Shown here: in pieces, positions 55,902-64,000 of the stretch
Numbering within the stretch: position 1 is the stretch's first letter
How the letters are laid out: every line of letters begins with the position of its first letter
DNA from: an uncultured virus (IMG/VR IMGVR_UViG_3300029955_000846)
Lineage: Duplodnaviria; Heunggongvirae; Uroviricota; Caudoviricetes
IMG/VR virus record: IMGVR_UViG_3300029955_000846
Strand: one strand, 5' to 3'
DNA length: 64,000 nt
Notes under the pieces: generated by a model
What the model was told of the DNA's origin: nothing
What the model saw: the letters and a program-made list of their open reading frames with translations, nothing else
The model's database searches: none
Translations under genes and position numbers: made by a program

Positions 55902-57053
55902 TTACGAAGCGGTCACCGTCGCGCGGAACGTCGCGTTCGGGTTGACCGGCACGAACAGCGGGGCCGACTGGTGCAACAGGTATTCGACGGCGGGGTCGCC
56001 CGGCTCGTACCAATTGCGCGGGAAGATATCGAGCGCCTGCCAGTTGGCATAGGGATCGACGATCGCCCCGAAGCAGCGATGGCCCGAGATCGCATCCGGA
56101 TGGCCGGTAAGCACGATATCGGTGGGGGCAAGGAACGGCTGCTCCACACCGGTATCGTCAACATAGCTGTCCCGATACAGCCAGATTTCGACCACCGCGC
56201 CGGTGGGCCCACCAAAAGGCAGATCGCCAACCTTCGTGACGAACTCGCCCGACACCAGCGCACGCTGGACGTCGATCCCGGTATTCGGGTAGAACTTGTT
56301 CATCATCGACAGGATTTCGGGATCGCTGCGCATGGCCTGCCACGCCGAGGTGCCGACGGTCAGCCGGATCGGGAAGCCGCCGAAACCGCCGGTGCCATCC
56401 GAATTGTAGGTCGGCTTCATCATCTGGTCAGCCCAGGTCTGCAGCATCGACAGGATGCTGATACCCGAAGTCCCCCAAAACGAGCCAGCGGTGAGGGCGA
56501 CGCTCTGATTGGCGTTCCGGCCGAAGTTCACCGTGGTCAGCGGATATTCCTCGGTGCCGCCAATGGTCACCTGACCGTAGATGATCGCTTGCGCGGCCAT
56601 CCACTCCCAACGGCGCTGGATGGTGATCAAGTGCTGGGCGGTCATGCCCGCCTTGAGCGCATCGCGCCGCTGGGCGGGCGTCAGCGGCGTATCCGTGCCG
56701 AGGATCGCGTCGATGCCGGGGATCTTGGACATGACGCGCGCCGGATCAACGGCGTCCTTGACCTTGATATAGGCCGGCTTGAAGCGGTAGCCGTTCGCCC
56801 GATCGGTATAGACCGGCTTGCCGCTGCCGCTGGGCAGCACGAACGGCGCCAGCTTGCGATTCTGATAGGGCAGCTTCTCGAAATCGATCCACTCGTCGAT
56901 GCTGTTCACCTGGCGGTTGAACATGTCCAGCCAGTAGGTGAAGCGCGGCAGGACGTCGCGCATGACGCCGATCGACTTGCGCAGCGACCAGAGATTGAAC
57001 GGGTTGGTGGCGGAATAGGGGGCGATCGTCACGCCCGTGGCACCAGTGGTCAT
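55902..57053 (-). CDS. Major capsid protein (lambda gpE family)
   Basis: 'LAPFV.P', 'FKPAYIK.K', 'RRWEWMAAQA', 'QSAPL'. Confidence 0.92.
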   Translation of the reverse strand: MTTGATGVTIAPYSATNPFNLWSLRKSIGVMRDVLPRFTYWLDMFNRQVNSIDEWIDFEKLPYQNRKLAPFVLPSGSGKPVYTDRANGYRFKPAYIKVKDAVDPARVMSKIPGIDAILGTDTPLTPAQRRDALKAGMTAQHLITIQRRWEWMAAQAIIYGQVTIGGTEEYPLTTVNFGRNANQSVALTAGSFWGTSGISILSMLQTWADQMMKPTYNSDGTGGFGGFPIRLTVGTSAWQAMRSDPEILSMMNKFYPNTGIDVQRALVSGEFVTKVGDLPFGGPTGAVVEIWLYRDSYVDDTGVEQPFLAPTDIVLTGHPDAISGHRCFGAIVDPYANWQALDIFPRNWYEPGDPAVEYLLHQSAPLFVPVNPNATFRATVTAS

Positions 57054-57063
57054 TTTATAGACT

Positions 57064-57082
57064 CCTCACGAAAAGAGTGATT
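57064..57082. promoter_or_regulatory. Operator CCTCAC-GAAAAGA-GTGATT
   Basis: Overlaps the capsid RBS. Confidence 0.65.
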
Positions 57083-57087
57083 GTCGA

Positions 57088-57519
57088 TCAGGGCTGCGGC
57101 TGAATCGGGCGCCAGCGCACCGTGATGGTGGTGGGCGTCGGCGCACCGGCGAAGGCTGCCTGCTGGAACGCCTGCGTGTTGTACGAAGCGTCGTAGACAA
57201 GGGCGTTCCCGTTGAAGCATCCCGAGAAGTAGACCGGAATGGATTCGCTCGAATCGCCAGCGGCCGTGACGATCGGCACCGAGGCGACGCCGATCGCCTG
57301 GGTGACGCCCTTCACCGCCGGAATAAGCTGGCCGCCCGCATTCAGGCCAACGACCTGAAACTGAGCGATCGTGGTGTTCGGGGCCACGGGGTAGGGATAC
57401 GACTTGAGCGGGAGGTCCGACCCGGCGAGCAGAAACGACTGCAGCCAGGTATCGGTCTGCTGGAAGCTCGCCTGACCGAGAACCGGATAGGGAATGGTAA
57501 CCTGTGCCATTTGGCTCAT
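57088..57519 (-). CDS. Head decoration protein (gpD family)
   Basis: 'YFSGCFN..AL'; between protease and capsid. Confidence 0.85.
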   Translation of the reverse strand: MSQMAQVTIPYPVLGQASFQQTDTWLQSFLLAGSDLPLKSYPYPVAPNTTIAQFQVVGLNAGGQLIPAVKGVTQAIGVASVPIVTAAGDSSESIPVYFSGCFNGNALVYDASYNTQAFQQAAFAGAPTPTTITVRWRPIQPQP

Positions 57520-57520
57520 C

Positions 57521-57539
57521 CTTCACGAAAAGAGTGACT
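57521..57539. promoter_or_regulatory. Operator CTTCAC-GAAAAGA-GTGACT
   Basis: Overlaps the gpD RBS. Confidence 0.65.
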
Positions 57540-57554
57540 CGACTGCCCAGTTGG

Positions 57555-58979
57555 TCAGCGGGTGGGGCCGTCCTTCAGCTTTTGGGTGCTGCGGAGGCCG
57601 GGGATACCCATTGCGGCGGCGGCGCTCAGCGCGCTCCCGGCGTCATCGGGATCTTCAACCCGCGCTTCGGGGCCGCCAGGCGTGACGCCTGCGCCGCCGG
57701 TGGCGCCCATGGCCGCGGCGAAGTTGGAATTGGCGTGCGCGCTGACCGGCGGATCGGCAGCCGGGACCGCCGCAACCGGCGCGGCTGCCGACGGGGCAGG
57801 GGTTTCCGCAGGCAGATCGGCCATAAAGGACGCAGCATCCGCAGCGCTCATCGTCTGCTTGAATGCGATCTTGCGGGCGAGTGCGGGATGCGTCTGGGCT
57901 TCCGGGCTGTTCAGGATCGCGTCGATGCGGGTGCGTTCGGCGGTGGTGCCTTCGGCGACGCCGGCGGCGTGACCTTCGGCGCGCGCGGACGCGACGGCGG
58001 TATCATGGGCGGCCTGATCGACCGTCCCACTGCTCTGATTGGACATTTCGGTTTCTCCATCGTCAGATGCGAGGTGATCGGCCAGAAATTTGGCCATGGC
58101 ATCGCCCGGCGCGCCGCTGGTGTCAGCGAGACCGTTCGACAGGGCTTGCGCAGCAGTGAAAGTCCTACCCTTCGTGTCCCGAACGGTCGTCTCGTCCATG
58201 CTGCGATTCCGGGACACGAGGCCCACGAAATGCTGATAAAGTTCGTCGACGCTGGCTTGCATCCGATCCCGATGATCGTCGCCGAGCGGGGCATAAGGGC
58301 TGCCTGCGGTCTTATCGCCACCCTCGGGAGCCGAGATCAGGGTCATCTTGACCCCAGCCTTGTCCATCGCCTTGGACACATCCATGTGTCCGGTAACGAC
58401 ACCCACCGAACCCGCCCCGCCGGTGCGCGATACCGAAATGCAATCGGCCGGGGTCGCCAGGCTGTACGCTGCGGAATAGGCCGGCTCCGCGCTGGCGAGT
58501 ACGGGCTTCGTTTTGGTCGCGACCATGTGGTCGACGAGATCGAAATTGCCGGCGGCGTGACCACCACTAGATGAGATTGAAAGATGCACAGCCTTCACAT
58601 TGGGATCGGCCATGCCGCGGTCCCATGCGCGCGAAAGGTACTGGTAACCCGTGGCCCAGGGGGTCGAATAACTGAAGCCGTTCAGAAGTGTGCCAGTCAC
58701 CGGAATGGTGAGCACACCATCCTGCACATTATACGGACGGTACTGCGCGCGCCAATCATCGGCCGCAGGCCAAAACCCATCATCGGTACTGCCACCAGCG
58801 GCGAGCATCTCAAGTCCATGGTCCATAATCGCCAGCTTTTGCGAGCAATCGGCGAGCCACGAGGCTTGGTCTGCGGCAACCAATGCGACCGAGCCAGAGA
58901 AGGACGAGAGGAAAGCATCAACGCCCACGGGCACCTCCCGCGGCTTGCTTTGAAATGCAATCTTTGTGGCGAGTGTCAC
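57555..58979 (-). CDS. S49 prohead protease with scaffold (gpC/Nu3-like)
   Basis: 'SSGG', 'AYSAAY', 'GSVGV'; Ala-rich C-terminus with internal GGAG-ATG. Confidence 0.9.
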   Translation of the reverse strand: MTLATKIAFQSKPREVPVGVDAFLSSFSGSVALVAADQASWLADCSQKLAIMDHGLEMLAAGGSTDDGFWPAADDWRAQYRPYNVQDGVLTIPVTGTLLNGFSYSTPWATGYQYLSRAWDRGMADPNVKAVHLSISSSGGHAAGNFDLVDHMVATKTKPVLASAEPAYSAAYSLATPADCISVSRTGGAGSVGVVTGHMDVSKAMDKAGVKMTLISAPEGGDKTAGSPYAPLGDDHRDRMQASVDELYQHFVGLVSRNRSMDETTVRDTKGRTFTAAQALSNGLADTSGAPGDAMAKFLADHLASDDGETEMSNQSSGTVDQAAHDTAVASARAEGHAAGVAEGTTAERTRIDAILNSPEAQTHPALARKIAFKQTMSAADAASFMADLPAETPAPSAAAPVAAVPAADPPVSAHANSNFAAAMGATGGAGVTPGGPEARVEDPDDAGSALSAAAAMGIPGLRSTQKLKDGPTR

Positions 58980-58992
58980 GCAAAAGTTGACT
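58974..58992. promoter_or_regulatory. Operator TGTCAC-GCAAAAG-TTGACT
   Basis: Overlaps the protease start. Confidence 0.7.
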
Positions 58993-59062
58993 TACGTCCA
59001 AAACTTGGCGACAAGGATCGCGCTTGAGAACCAACGGCGAGTCGTGACCCATGAGACGGAAG

Positions 59063-60781
59063 TCATCCATTGCTCTTGCCTTTCGCCTTCCCACCCTGGA
59101 AACCGCTGGCGCTCTGCCCGCTGTCTTGCTGGCCAAGTGTGCCGGTGGTGGCGTTCATCATGTCGGACGACACGTTTTGCAGGATGCCCAACTTGTCCAT
59201 CATCTCGCGCTCGCGCTGGATCTGGGCGAACAGCTTGCGCCAATCCATACCGAGGCGGGCCGCCTCTCGCTGATAGCTCGAGATGCCGAAAATAATGCGC
59301 TGGATCGCGGCCTGCGTTTCCTTAAGCTCATCTACCTGGCCACGGCTCGCACCAATCCATTCGGCCTGCGTGTATGCGTCGAAGAACAGGCCGAGCCGCC
59401 CGTTGGCATCATAAATCGACGGGCACTTGCGGGTCAGCGACGTGATCTGGCCTGCGTTGACGGCTTCCTCGAACCACAGGCGGTATATCTGGTTGGCGAA
59501 AGCGTCGGTGCCCCGCCGCTTCTTGGACTGCATGCCCTTCCACGTCTCGACCGCTCCCGCGCGGAACGAGGCATAATTGACATGGCTATAGTCCCGCGAA
59601 AGCTGCTCATAGCTGACGCCGAGGTTGGCCGAGAGATAGCGCAGCAGGGACGCTTCAAAGTTCGTCCCCATCGCATCGCTGCCGCCGGCCGGACGAAGTT
59701 GCAGCTTCGTCCCAGGGAACAGATGGGGGATTTTCACCCCGTCGATCGCGATGTTCTTGGCGCCCTTCGCGTAGGCCCCCACCGCCGCGAGATAACCTTG
59801 CGCGTACTGGGTGATCATCTTCTCAAACGCGACTTCCGAGACGTTGCCGCCCCCAAGCTGTGTCATCACCGTTTCACTCGGCAAATCGGATTCAATCGTG
59901 GCCGCATACGTCGCGTTGACCACGGCATTCTGCAGCACGACGTCCCGATATCGCTTCGTCATCCGCATCTCTTTGAGTGCGGAAACCATGGTGGAAACGC
60001 CGCGCGATTGATCGACGCGCCAGCGATCGACAATGTGGATGACCTTCGGGCGCCCCCAGGGCTCACGGGCAGGCACCCGCTGCCAAGTGTAGGCGTCGAT
60101 GCTGGCGATCGAGGAAAAGTCAACGGGATGGGCCTTGCGGATATGGTATCCGATCGGCACCCCATCATTGTTCTTCTCGACCCCGCCGCGCAGGTTCGGG
60201 TTATCCCACTGGCCGTAAGGGTTCGACAGCCGGTCAGTATCGATCATCTGGATCGCCGTGCCGAACGGACGCCCATCGCTCATCCACTCGGACGAGGCGA
60301 GGATCTCGCTGCCCGACACCATCAGGCCGGCAGCCATGCGGACCATCGACGTGAAGTCGTGGGCCATGGTTTTATCGATCCAATGGCTGGGGCTATCGGC
60401 CCAAACCTGGAACTTCGATTCAACCTCGCGCTGGAATTCCTCGGCCCATGTGGAATCCAGCCCCAGCACCTCGAGATTGGGGTGGCAGTTCAGCAGGTAA
60501 TGCGATCCGACAATGTTGTCTTTGTGGATCTCGGAACCAGCGAACACGTAGGAGTCGTTGCGGATGCTGTCGCGCACGCGGGCGTCCAGCAACGGTTTAT
60601 CGTTCAGGATATCGAAATCGGCCGAGGTCAGCGATGGCTGCCACAAGGCCAGGGTCTCGTCGAAACGCTGGGCGCCCTCATAGGCACCGCCGACCATCAT
60701 GTCGGGCCCATCCTGCCGGGGGGTCACGAAAGAAGTGACTTGCGGGGGGCCGATCAGGTCATGATCTTCCTGGGTGAGCAT
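59063..60781 (-). CDS. Portal protein, lambda family
   Basis: 'GGVE...G.P..Y', 'QSRG', 'GVSYEQLSRDYS..NY.S.R'. Confidence 0.93.
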   Translation of the reverse strand: MLTQEDHDLIGPPQVTSFVTPRQDGPDMMVGGAYEGAQRFDETLALWQPSLTSADFDILNDKPLLDARVRDSIRNDSYVFAGSEIHKDNIVGSHYLLNCHPNLEVLGLDSTWAEEFQREVESKFQVWADSPSHWIDKTMAHDFTSMVRMAAGLMVSGSEILASSEWMSDGRPFGTAIQMIDTDRLSNPYGQWDNPNLRGGVEKNNDGVPIGYHIRKAHPVDFSSIASIDAYTWQRVPAREPWGRPKVIHIVDRWRVDQSRGVSTMVSALKEMRMTKRYRDVVLQNAVVNATYAATIESDLPSETVMTQLGGGNVSEVAFEKMITQYAQGYLAAVGAYAKGAKNIAIDGVKIPHLFPGTKLQLRPAGGSDAMGTNFEASLLRYLSANLGVSYEQLSRDYSHVNYASFRAGAVETWKGMQSKKRRGTDAFANQIYRLWFEEAVNAGQITSLTRKCPSIYDANGRLGLFFDAYTQAEWIGASRGQVDELKETQAAIQRIIFGISSYQREAARLGMDWRKLFAQIQREREMMDKLGILQNVSSDMMNATTGTLGQQDSGQSASGFQGGKAKGKSNG

Positions 60782-60784
60782 CGC

Positions 60785-61000
60785 TTAGAACCAGGGCCGC
60801 ATGGGACGATTGACCCGGCTATGCGGGTTCAATTTGTCCTCAAGGGACGTAATGTAGTCTTGCAGCTTATTGGCGTTAACCTGCGTATATTGCACGGTTT
60901 CGCCGTTCTGGTCCTTGACCATAACCACCGAGCGGCCGGTCATCAACAGATGATAGGCCTCACGCGCTTCCGACAGCAATTGGGCAATCGTGCTCTGCAC
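60785..61000 (-). CDS. gpW head-tail adaptor
   Basis: 'EAREAYHLLMTG...D.NGE.V.Y'. Confidence 0.9.
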   Translation of the reverse strand: MQSTIAQLLSEAREAYHLLMTGRSVVMVKDQNGETVQYTQVNANKLQDYITSLEDKLNPHSRVNRPMRPWF

Positions 61001-61012
61001 GCGGCGTGCTCC

Positions 61013-63100
61013 TTACGCCAATTGGGAAGCGAGACTTTCTAGGCTAATATCACTCTTTTGGTGACTGTCAAACGGCTTGGCCGCATTTTCGGCGAACACA
61101 AGATCATTCTGCTCCCAGCCATCGGCCCAGCCAGGGGGATATTCCCAATTGATATGATCGAGGTTGGGGGAGACCTGGCGCCCGTTCAACGCGACGGAAT
61201 AAGCGTAATAGAGCAGATCCCATGCCTCGTTGCGCCGCGACCCGATTTTTATCCAGCCCTTGTCCGTTCGCGTTTCGGCGCAAAGCTGGGAATACAGCCA
61301 GTCGGGCATCCAGTGCGGAAAGTTCACCATGCCACCGCCGGGTGTCTCGCGGCCAAGCCGATTTGCCGCGACGTCCTTCATCAGGTTCGAGTTGATGAAC
61401 AGCACTGGGATATCGCCGCGGGCGAGCGCCATGCGATCCTTCTTCTGAGAGTCCGGGTATCCGACGTGGACGCGCGGCGCGGATTTGCTCGGCTCACCCT
61501 TGAGCAGTTGGAACCGGATCGAAGCCTGATCCTCGCGGGTGTCCCGCAGCTTGCGCCAGAACTGGTATGCGTTCGCGGTGACGCCGGCCTTGCCGCCCGA
61601 GTCACAACCGATCGCCTTGACCGACATGCGCCGGCCCGACCCATCCGCGAGTGGATAGGAGCGCTCGATCACTTTTTCTATCAGGACATCCCAATCTTCC
61701 AGATAGGCCCCCGGGTCGAGCAACTCGCGTTCTCCGCGATCGTTGATGCGGGTCTCTGACCGGGTGATGCGATCGGAATCGACGATCCAGACATCGCCCC
61801 CTTCGCCAAAACCATGCACTTGGTAGACGAATGCGCTTTTCTGGATATCGACGGTGGTGATCAGAAAGCGCACGCCCAGCGGCACGGCGGGGTCGTCTGC
61901 GGTGCCACCCCAATCTTTCGCGCGCGCCTTGAGATGCTCTGGCAGACGCTCGAGCCGAGACGCTTGGGGAATATAGGCATCACCCTGATCGGTGTTGGTG
62001 GTGACCTTGAGCGATTCTTCAGACCCAGTGTTCTCGAAATCCTGCTTGGCTTGCAGGTATTTGAGGACCAGCGATGTCCAATCCTGGAATGCTGCCGCCG
62101 GCCCCTTCAACCAGAAGCTCGAGATATCCGTGCGGCGCGGGCGCCCGACGATCTCGCCATCGGGTTGCCAGATCATACCATCCTTGATCCACCGGCCAGC
62201 GTTGTTCAGTTCACGCTTCAGCGCCGGGGGAATTGGGTAACCGCAATGGGGGCAGGGGAGGGTGACCTGCTCAGCGATTTCCAGCAGGTCGATAGTGTCG
62301 ATGTCGGGGTAATCGAACATCGAAAAATTGGCCTCGAACTTCTCGTTGCACTGCGGGCATGGCCAATACCAGCGGCGGCGATCACCGCGGTTATAGAGGG
62401 CGAGAATTCCGTCAACAGGGGGTGCCTCATGCGCGGATTTGGCCAGCCAGTTGGGGTCCTTGATCTCGAACCCGGGCGAGGACTCCGCGACGCACATTCC
62501 GAACCGCTTGAAGGTCGTGGCGCGCTTTCGGGCCAGATCGTAAGGGTTACCTTCGCCGTCGACGTCCTGCGTCATGCGGTCGTAATCCATCAACCACAGG
62601 CGCGGGACAGTCTTGCCCGATAGCTCATTGATGGTCGGCCACTTGATCAGCAGCCGCATTCCCGACTTGAACCACTTGTCGAACACGTTGTCGTTTTGCC
62701 GGCCGGGGACCAGCAATTCGCCCAAGGCCTTGGAATGGCGGAAAGCGCGTGCAAGATCGCCGAGAGACCAGTCGCGGGCCGTCGCTTGCGTCATGTGCAG
62801 CAGCATCATATCTGCCGGATCGCACTTGGCAGTGTGCAGCAAGTAATTGAAAAACATATCAGACTTGCCGGTACGCGCCGGCCCGGCAAAGATCATGCCG
62901 GTGAAGTCCAACGAGGTGGTCTCGTTCATCGGTTCGACGAGATATGGGGCAAACGTATTGTCCCAGTAGCCGACGAACGACCCTTGGTTGTTCAGGAAGC
63001 GATAACGCTCCGCGCACTCAGCCACGGTGACGCGCTCAGGCGGCCGAAGCATGCTCGCCGCCTGAGCGATCAGATGCTCAAGGGAGACATATGCCCCCAT
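61013..63100 (-). CDS. Terminase large subunit, GpA family
   Basis: Walker A GPARTGKS, 'ESSP', 'CPQC...CPHC', 'DSGG', 'RNEAWDL'. Confidence 0.95.
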   Translation of the reverse strand: MGAYVSLEHLIAQAASMLRPPERVTVAECAERYRFLNNQGSFVGYWDNTFAPYLVEPMNETTSLDFTGMIFAGPARTGKSDMFFNYLLHTAKCDPADMMLLHMTQATARDWSLGDLARAFRHSKALGELLVPGRQNDNVFDKWFKSGMRLLIKWPTINELSGKTVPRLWLMDYDRMTQDVDGEGNPYDLARKRATTFKRFGMCVAESSPGFEIKDPNWLAKSAHEAPPVDGILALYNRGDRRRWYWPCPQCNEKFEANFSMFDYPDIDTIDLLEIAEQVTLPCPHCGYPIPPALKRELNNAGRWIKDGMIWQPDGEIVGRPRRTDISSFWLKGPAAAFQDWTSLVLKYLQAKQDFENTGSEESLKVTTNTDQGDAYIPQASRLERLPEHLKARAKDWGGTADDPAVPLGVRFLITTVDIQKSAFVYQVHGFGEGGDVWIVDSDRITRSETRINDRGERELLDPGAYLEDWDVLIEKVIERSYPLADGSGRRMSVKAIGCDSGGKAGVTANAYQFWRKLRDTREDQASIRFQLLKGEPSKSAPRVHVGYPDSQKKDRMALARGDIPVLFINSNLMKDVAANRLGRETPGGGMVNFPHWMPDWLYSQLCAETRTDKGWIKIGSRRNEAWDLLYYAYSVALNGRQVSPNLDHINWEYPPGWADGWEQNDLVFAENAAKPFDSHQKSDISLESLASQLA
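61048..61066. promoter_or_regulatory. Operator TATCAC-TCTTTTG-GTGACT
   Basis: Inside the terminase 3' end, upstream of gpW. Confidence 0.65.
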
Positions 63101-64000
63101 CAGATCAGATCCTCGTCGCTTACAAGCTCAAGGCGAGCAAGATCGCCAATCGCCTCAACTGCGGAGAGGATGAACGCCATTGCTGCGGGCGCGACGATCG
63201 CGTTGCCGGCACCTTTGAGGAGCCCTTGGCGCGATTTGCCTTCAAAGGTGCCGCCGCTATCCAATCGGAAGGCAGCCCCATCAACCAGAGGGAATGTGCC
63301 GGGTTCAACTGGCCGCCACTTTCCATCCCGGCATCCGAGCCAGTCAACATCTCGCCAGAAACCGTTAGTCGGGCCGGGGTCGCCAGATGCGTCGCTACCG
63401 AAGTCAACGTGTCGAACTTGCCCCTCGACCACCGGGCCCCCGAGGACTCCGAGTCCTCGCTGCGTGTGGTCGGCCGGCCTGCCAATACCACCAATTCGTT
63501 CAATGGTGGCCCCTTCGCTCCCCGATCGTGCGGCCCCGCATTCGGTCGGCCCTTCCAATCCCTGGCCTGTGGACATGGCCAACCGGCCAATGGCACCGTC
63601 TCTGGGAGCGCCATCGCGTTTTTCCGCGGCGACACCAGACCGCCCTTGATTGAATCGCTCACCAATGGAGTAGGCCACCCAGTAGTTCCGGTCTCGGATG
63701 TGCGGCGCGCCGATGCCCGCAGCCGGAAACGGGACACACCCGAAGGCGTAGTCCAAGGTTTCCAAGTCAGCGTGTACAAGGTCGACCCAAACTTCTGCGT
63801 TCTTGCTCGCAACCTGCTCTCCAGCAACGATTGCAGGACGGCACTGTTGGATGAGCCAATACCAGGTCGGCCACAAATGCCGCTCGTCAGCAAACCCATC
63901 TCCCTTGCCTGCCGCGCTGAAAGGCTGGCAGGGACAGGATCCTGTCCAGATGGGAGCGCTGTCTGGCCAACCAACGGATCGGAGAGCAAAAGACCAGACG
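63100..64000 (-). CDS. C5-cytosine DNA methyltransferase, alpha frame (5' end outside the window)
   Basis: '[11 protein letters not shown]', 'GEQV', 'PHIRDR', motif X 'LKGAGNAIV'. Confidence 0.9.
   Translation of the reverse strand, partial: VWSFALRSVGWPDSAPIWTGSCPCQPFSAAGKGDGFADERHLWPTWYWLIQQCRPAIVAGEQVASKNAEVWVDLVHADLETLDYAFGCVPFPAAGIGAPHIRDRNYWVAYSIGERFNQGRSGVAAEKRDGAPRDGAIGRLAMSTGQGLEGPTECGAARSGSEGATIERIGGIGRPADHTQRGLGVLGGPVVEGQVRHVDFGSDASGDPGPTNGFWRDVDWLGCRDGKWRPVEPGTFPLVDGAAFRLDSGGTFEGKSRQGLLKGAGNAIVAPAAMAFILSAVEAIGDLARLELVSDEDLI
63120..63989 (-). CDS. Overlapping alternative-frame polypeptide carrying MTase TRD/motif IX (beta-subunit-like)
   Basis: 'GWPTP' repeats and '[16 protein letters not shown]'; start uncertain. 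Confidence 0.65.
   Translation of the reverse strand: MLSDPLVGQTALPSGQDPVPASLSARQAREMGLLTSGICGRPGIGSSNSAVLQSLLESRLRARTQKFGSTLYTLTWKPWTTPSGVSRFRLRASARRTSETGTTGWPTPLVSDSIKGGLVSPRKNAMALPETVPLAGWPCPQARDWKGRPNAGPHDRGAKGPPLNELVVLAGRPTTRSEDSESSGARWSRGKFDTLTSVATHLATPARLTVSGEMLTGSDAGMESGGQLNPAHSLWLMGLPSDWIAAAPLKANRAKGSSKVPATRSSRPQQWRSSSPQLRRLAILLALSL

Larger units (their letters stand above)
1354..64000. mobile_element. Temperate siphovirus prophage, Chi/Nazgul-like gene order, continuing past the window end
   Basis: Replication, lysis, tail, head and terminase modules present; left boundary at a tRNA-3'-like sequence. Confidence 0.95.

Noticed and set aside
59051..61042. Long plus-strand ORFs opposite real genes (also 8050-9720, 34905-36266, 293-1345)
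   Set aside because: Antisense shadows of high-GC genes with no recognisable motifs

Overview
Bases 1 to ~1350 are high-GC host DNA (a TolC-family efflux lipoprotein; probably a sphingomonad alphaproteobacterium). From a tRNA-3'-end-like att core at 1354-1368 to the end of the window lies one apparently intact temperate siphophage with Chi/Nazgul-like (Casjensviridae-like) gene order. In order: XRE repressor; SNF2 helicase, VRR-NUC, family-B polymerase, DUF2815 SSB and DUF2800 nuclease; a divergent HTH and primase-helicase; a lambda-like cosQ/cosN site at ~13.75 kb; an early/anti-restriction block; accessory genes; a signal-peptide glycanase/acetyltransferase cassette; lysis genes; a lambda-like tail and head module; large terminase; and a dual-frame C5 methyltransferase cut by the window edge. 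Integrase and small terminase are not in the window. The most notable signals are about 20 copies of a 19-bp palindromic operator spread across the phage, a shared acidic (D/E)xxDL(I/V) tag on nine unrelated proteins plus the portal N-terminus, a compositionally distinct predicted first-ejected block next to cos, a PAS-like membrane protein in the lysis cassette, an ACP-like protein lacking the phosphopantetheine serine, and a retroviral-type double zinc-knuckle gene. All family calls come from motif recognition by eye; no searches were run.
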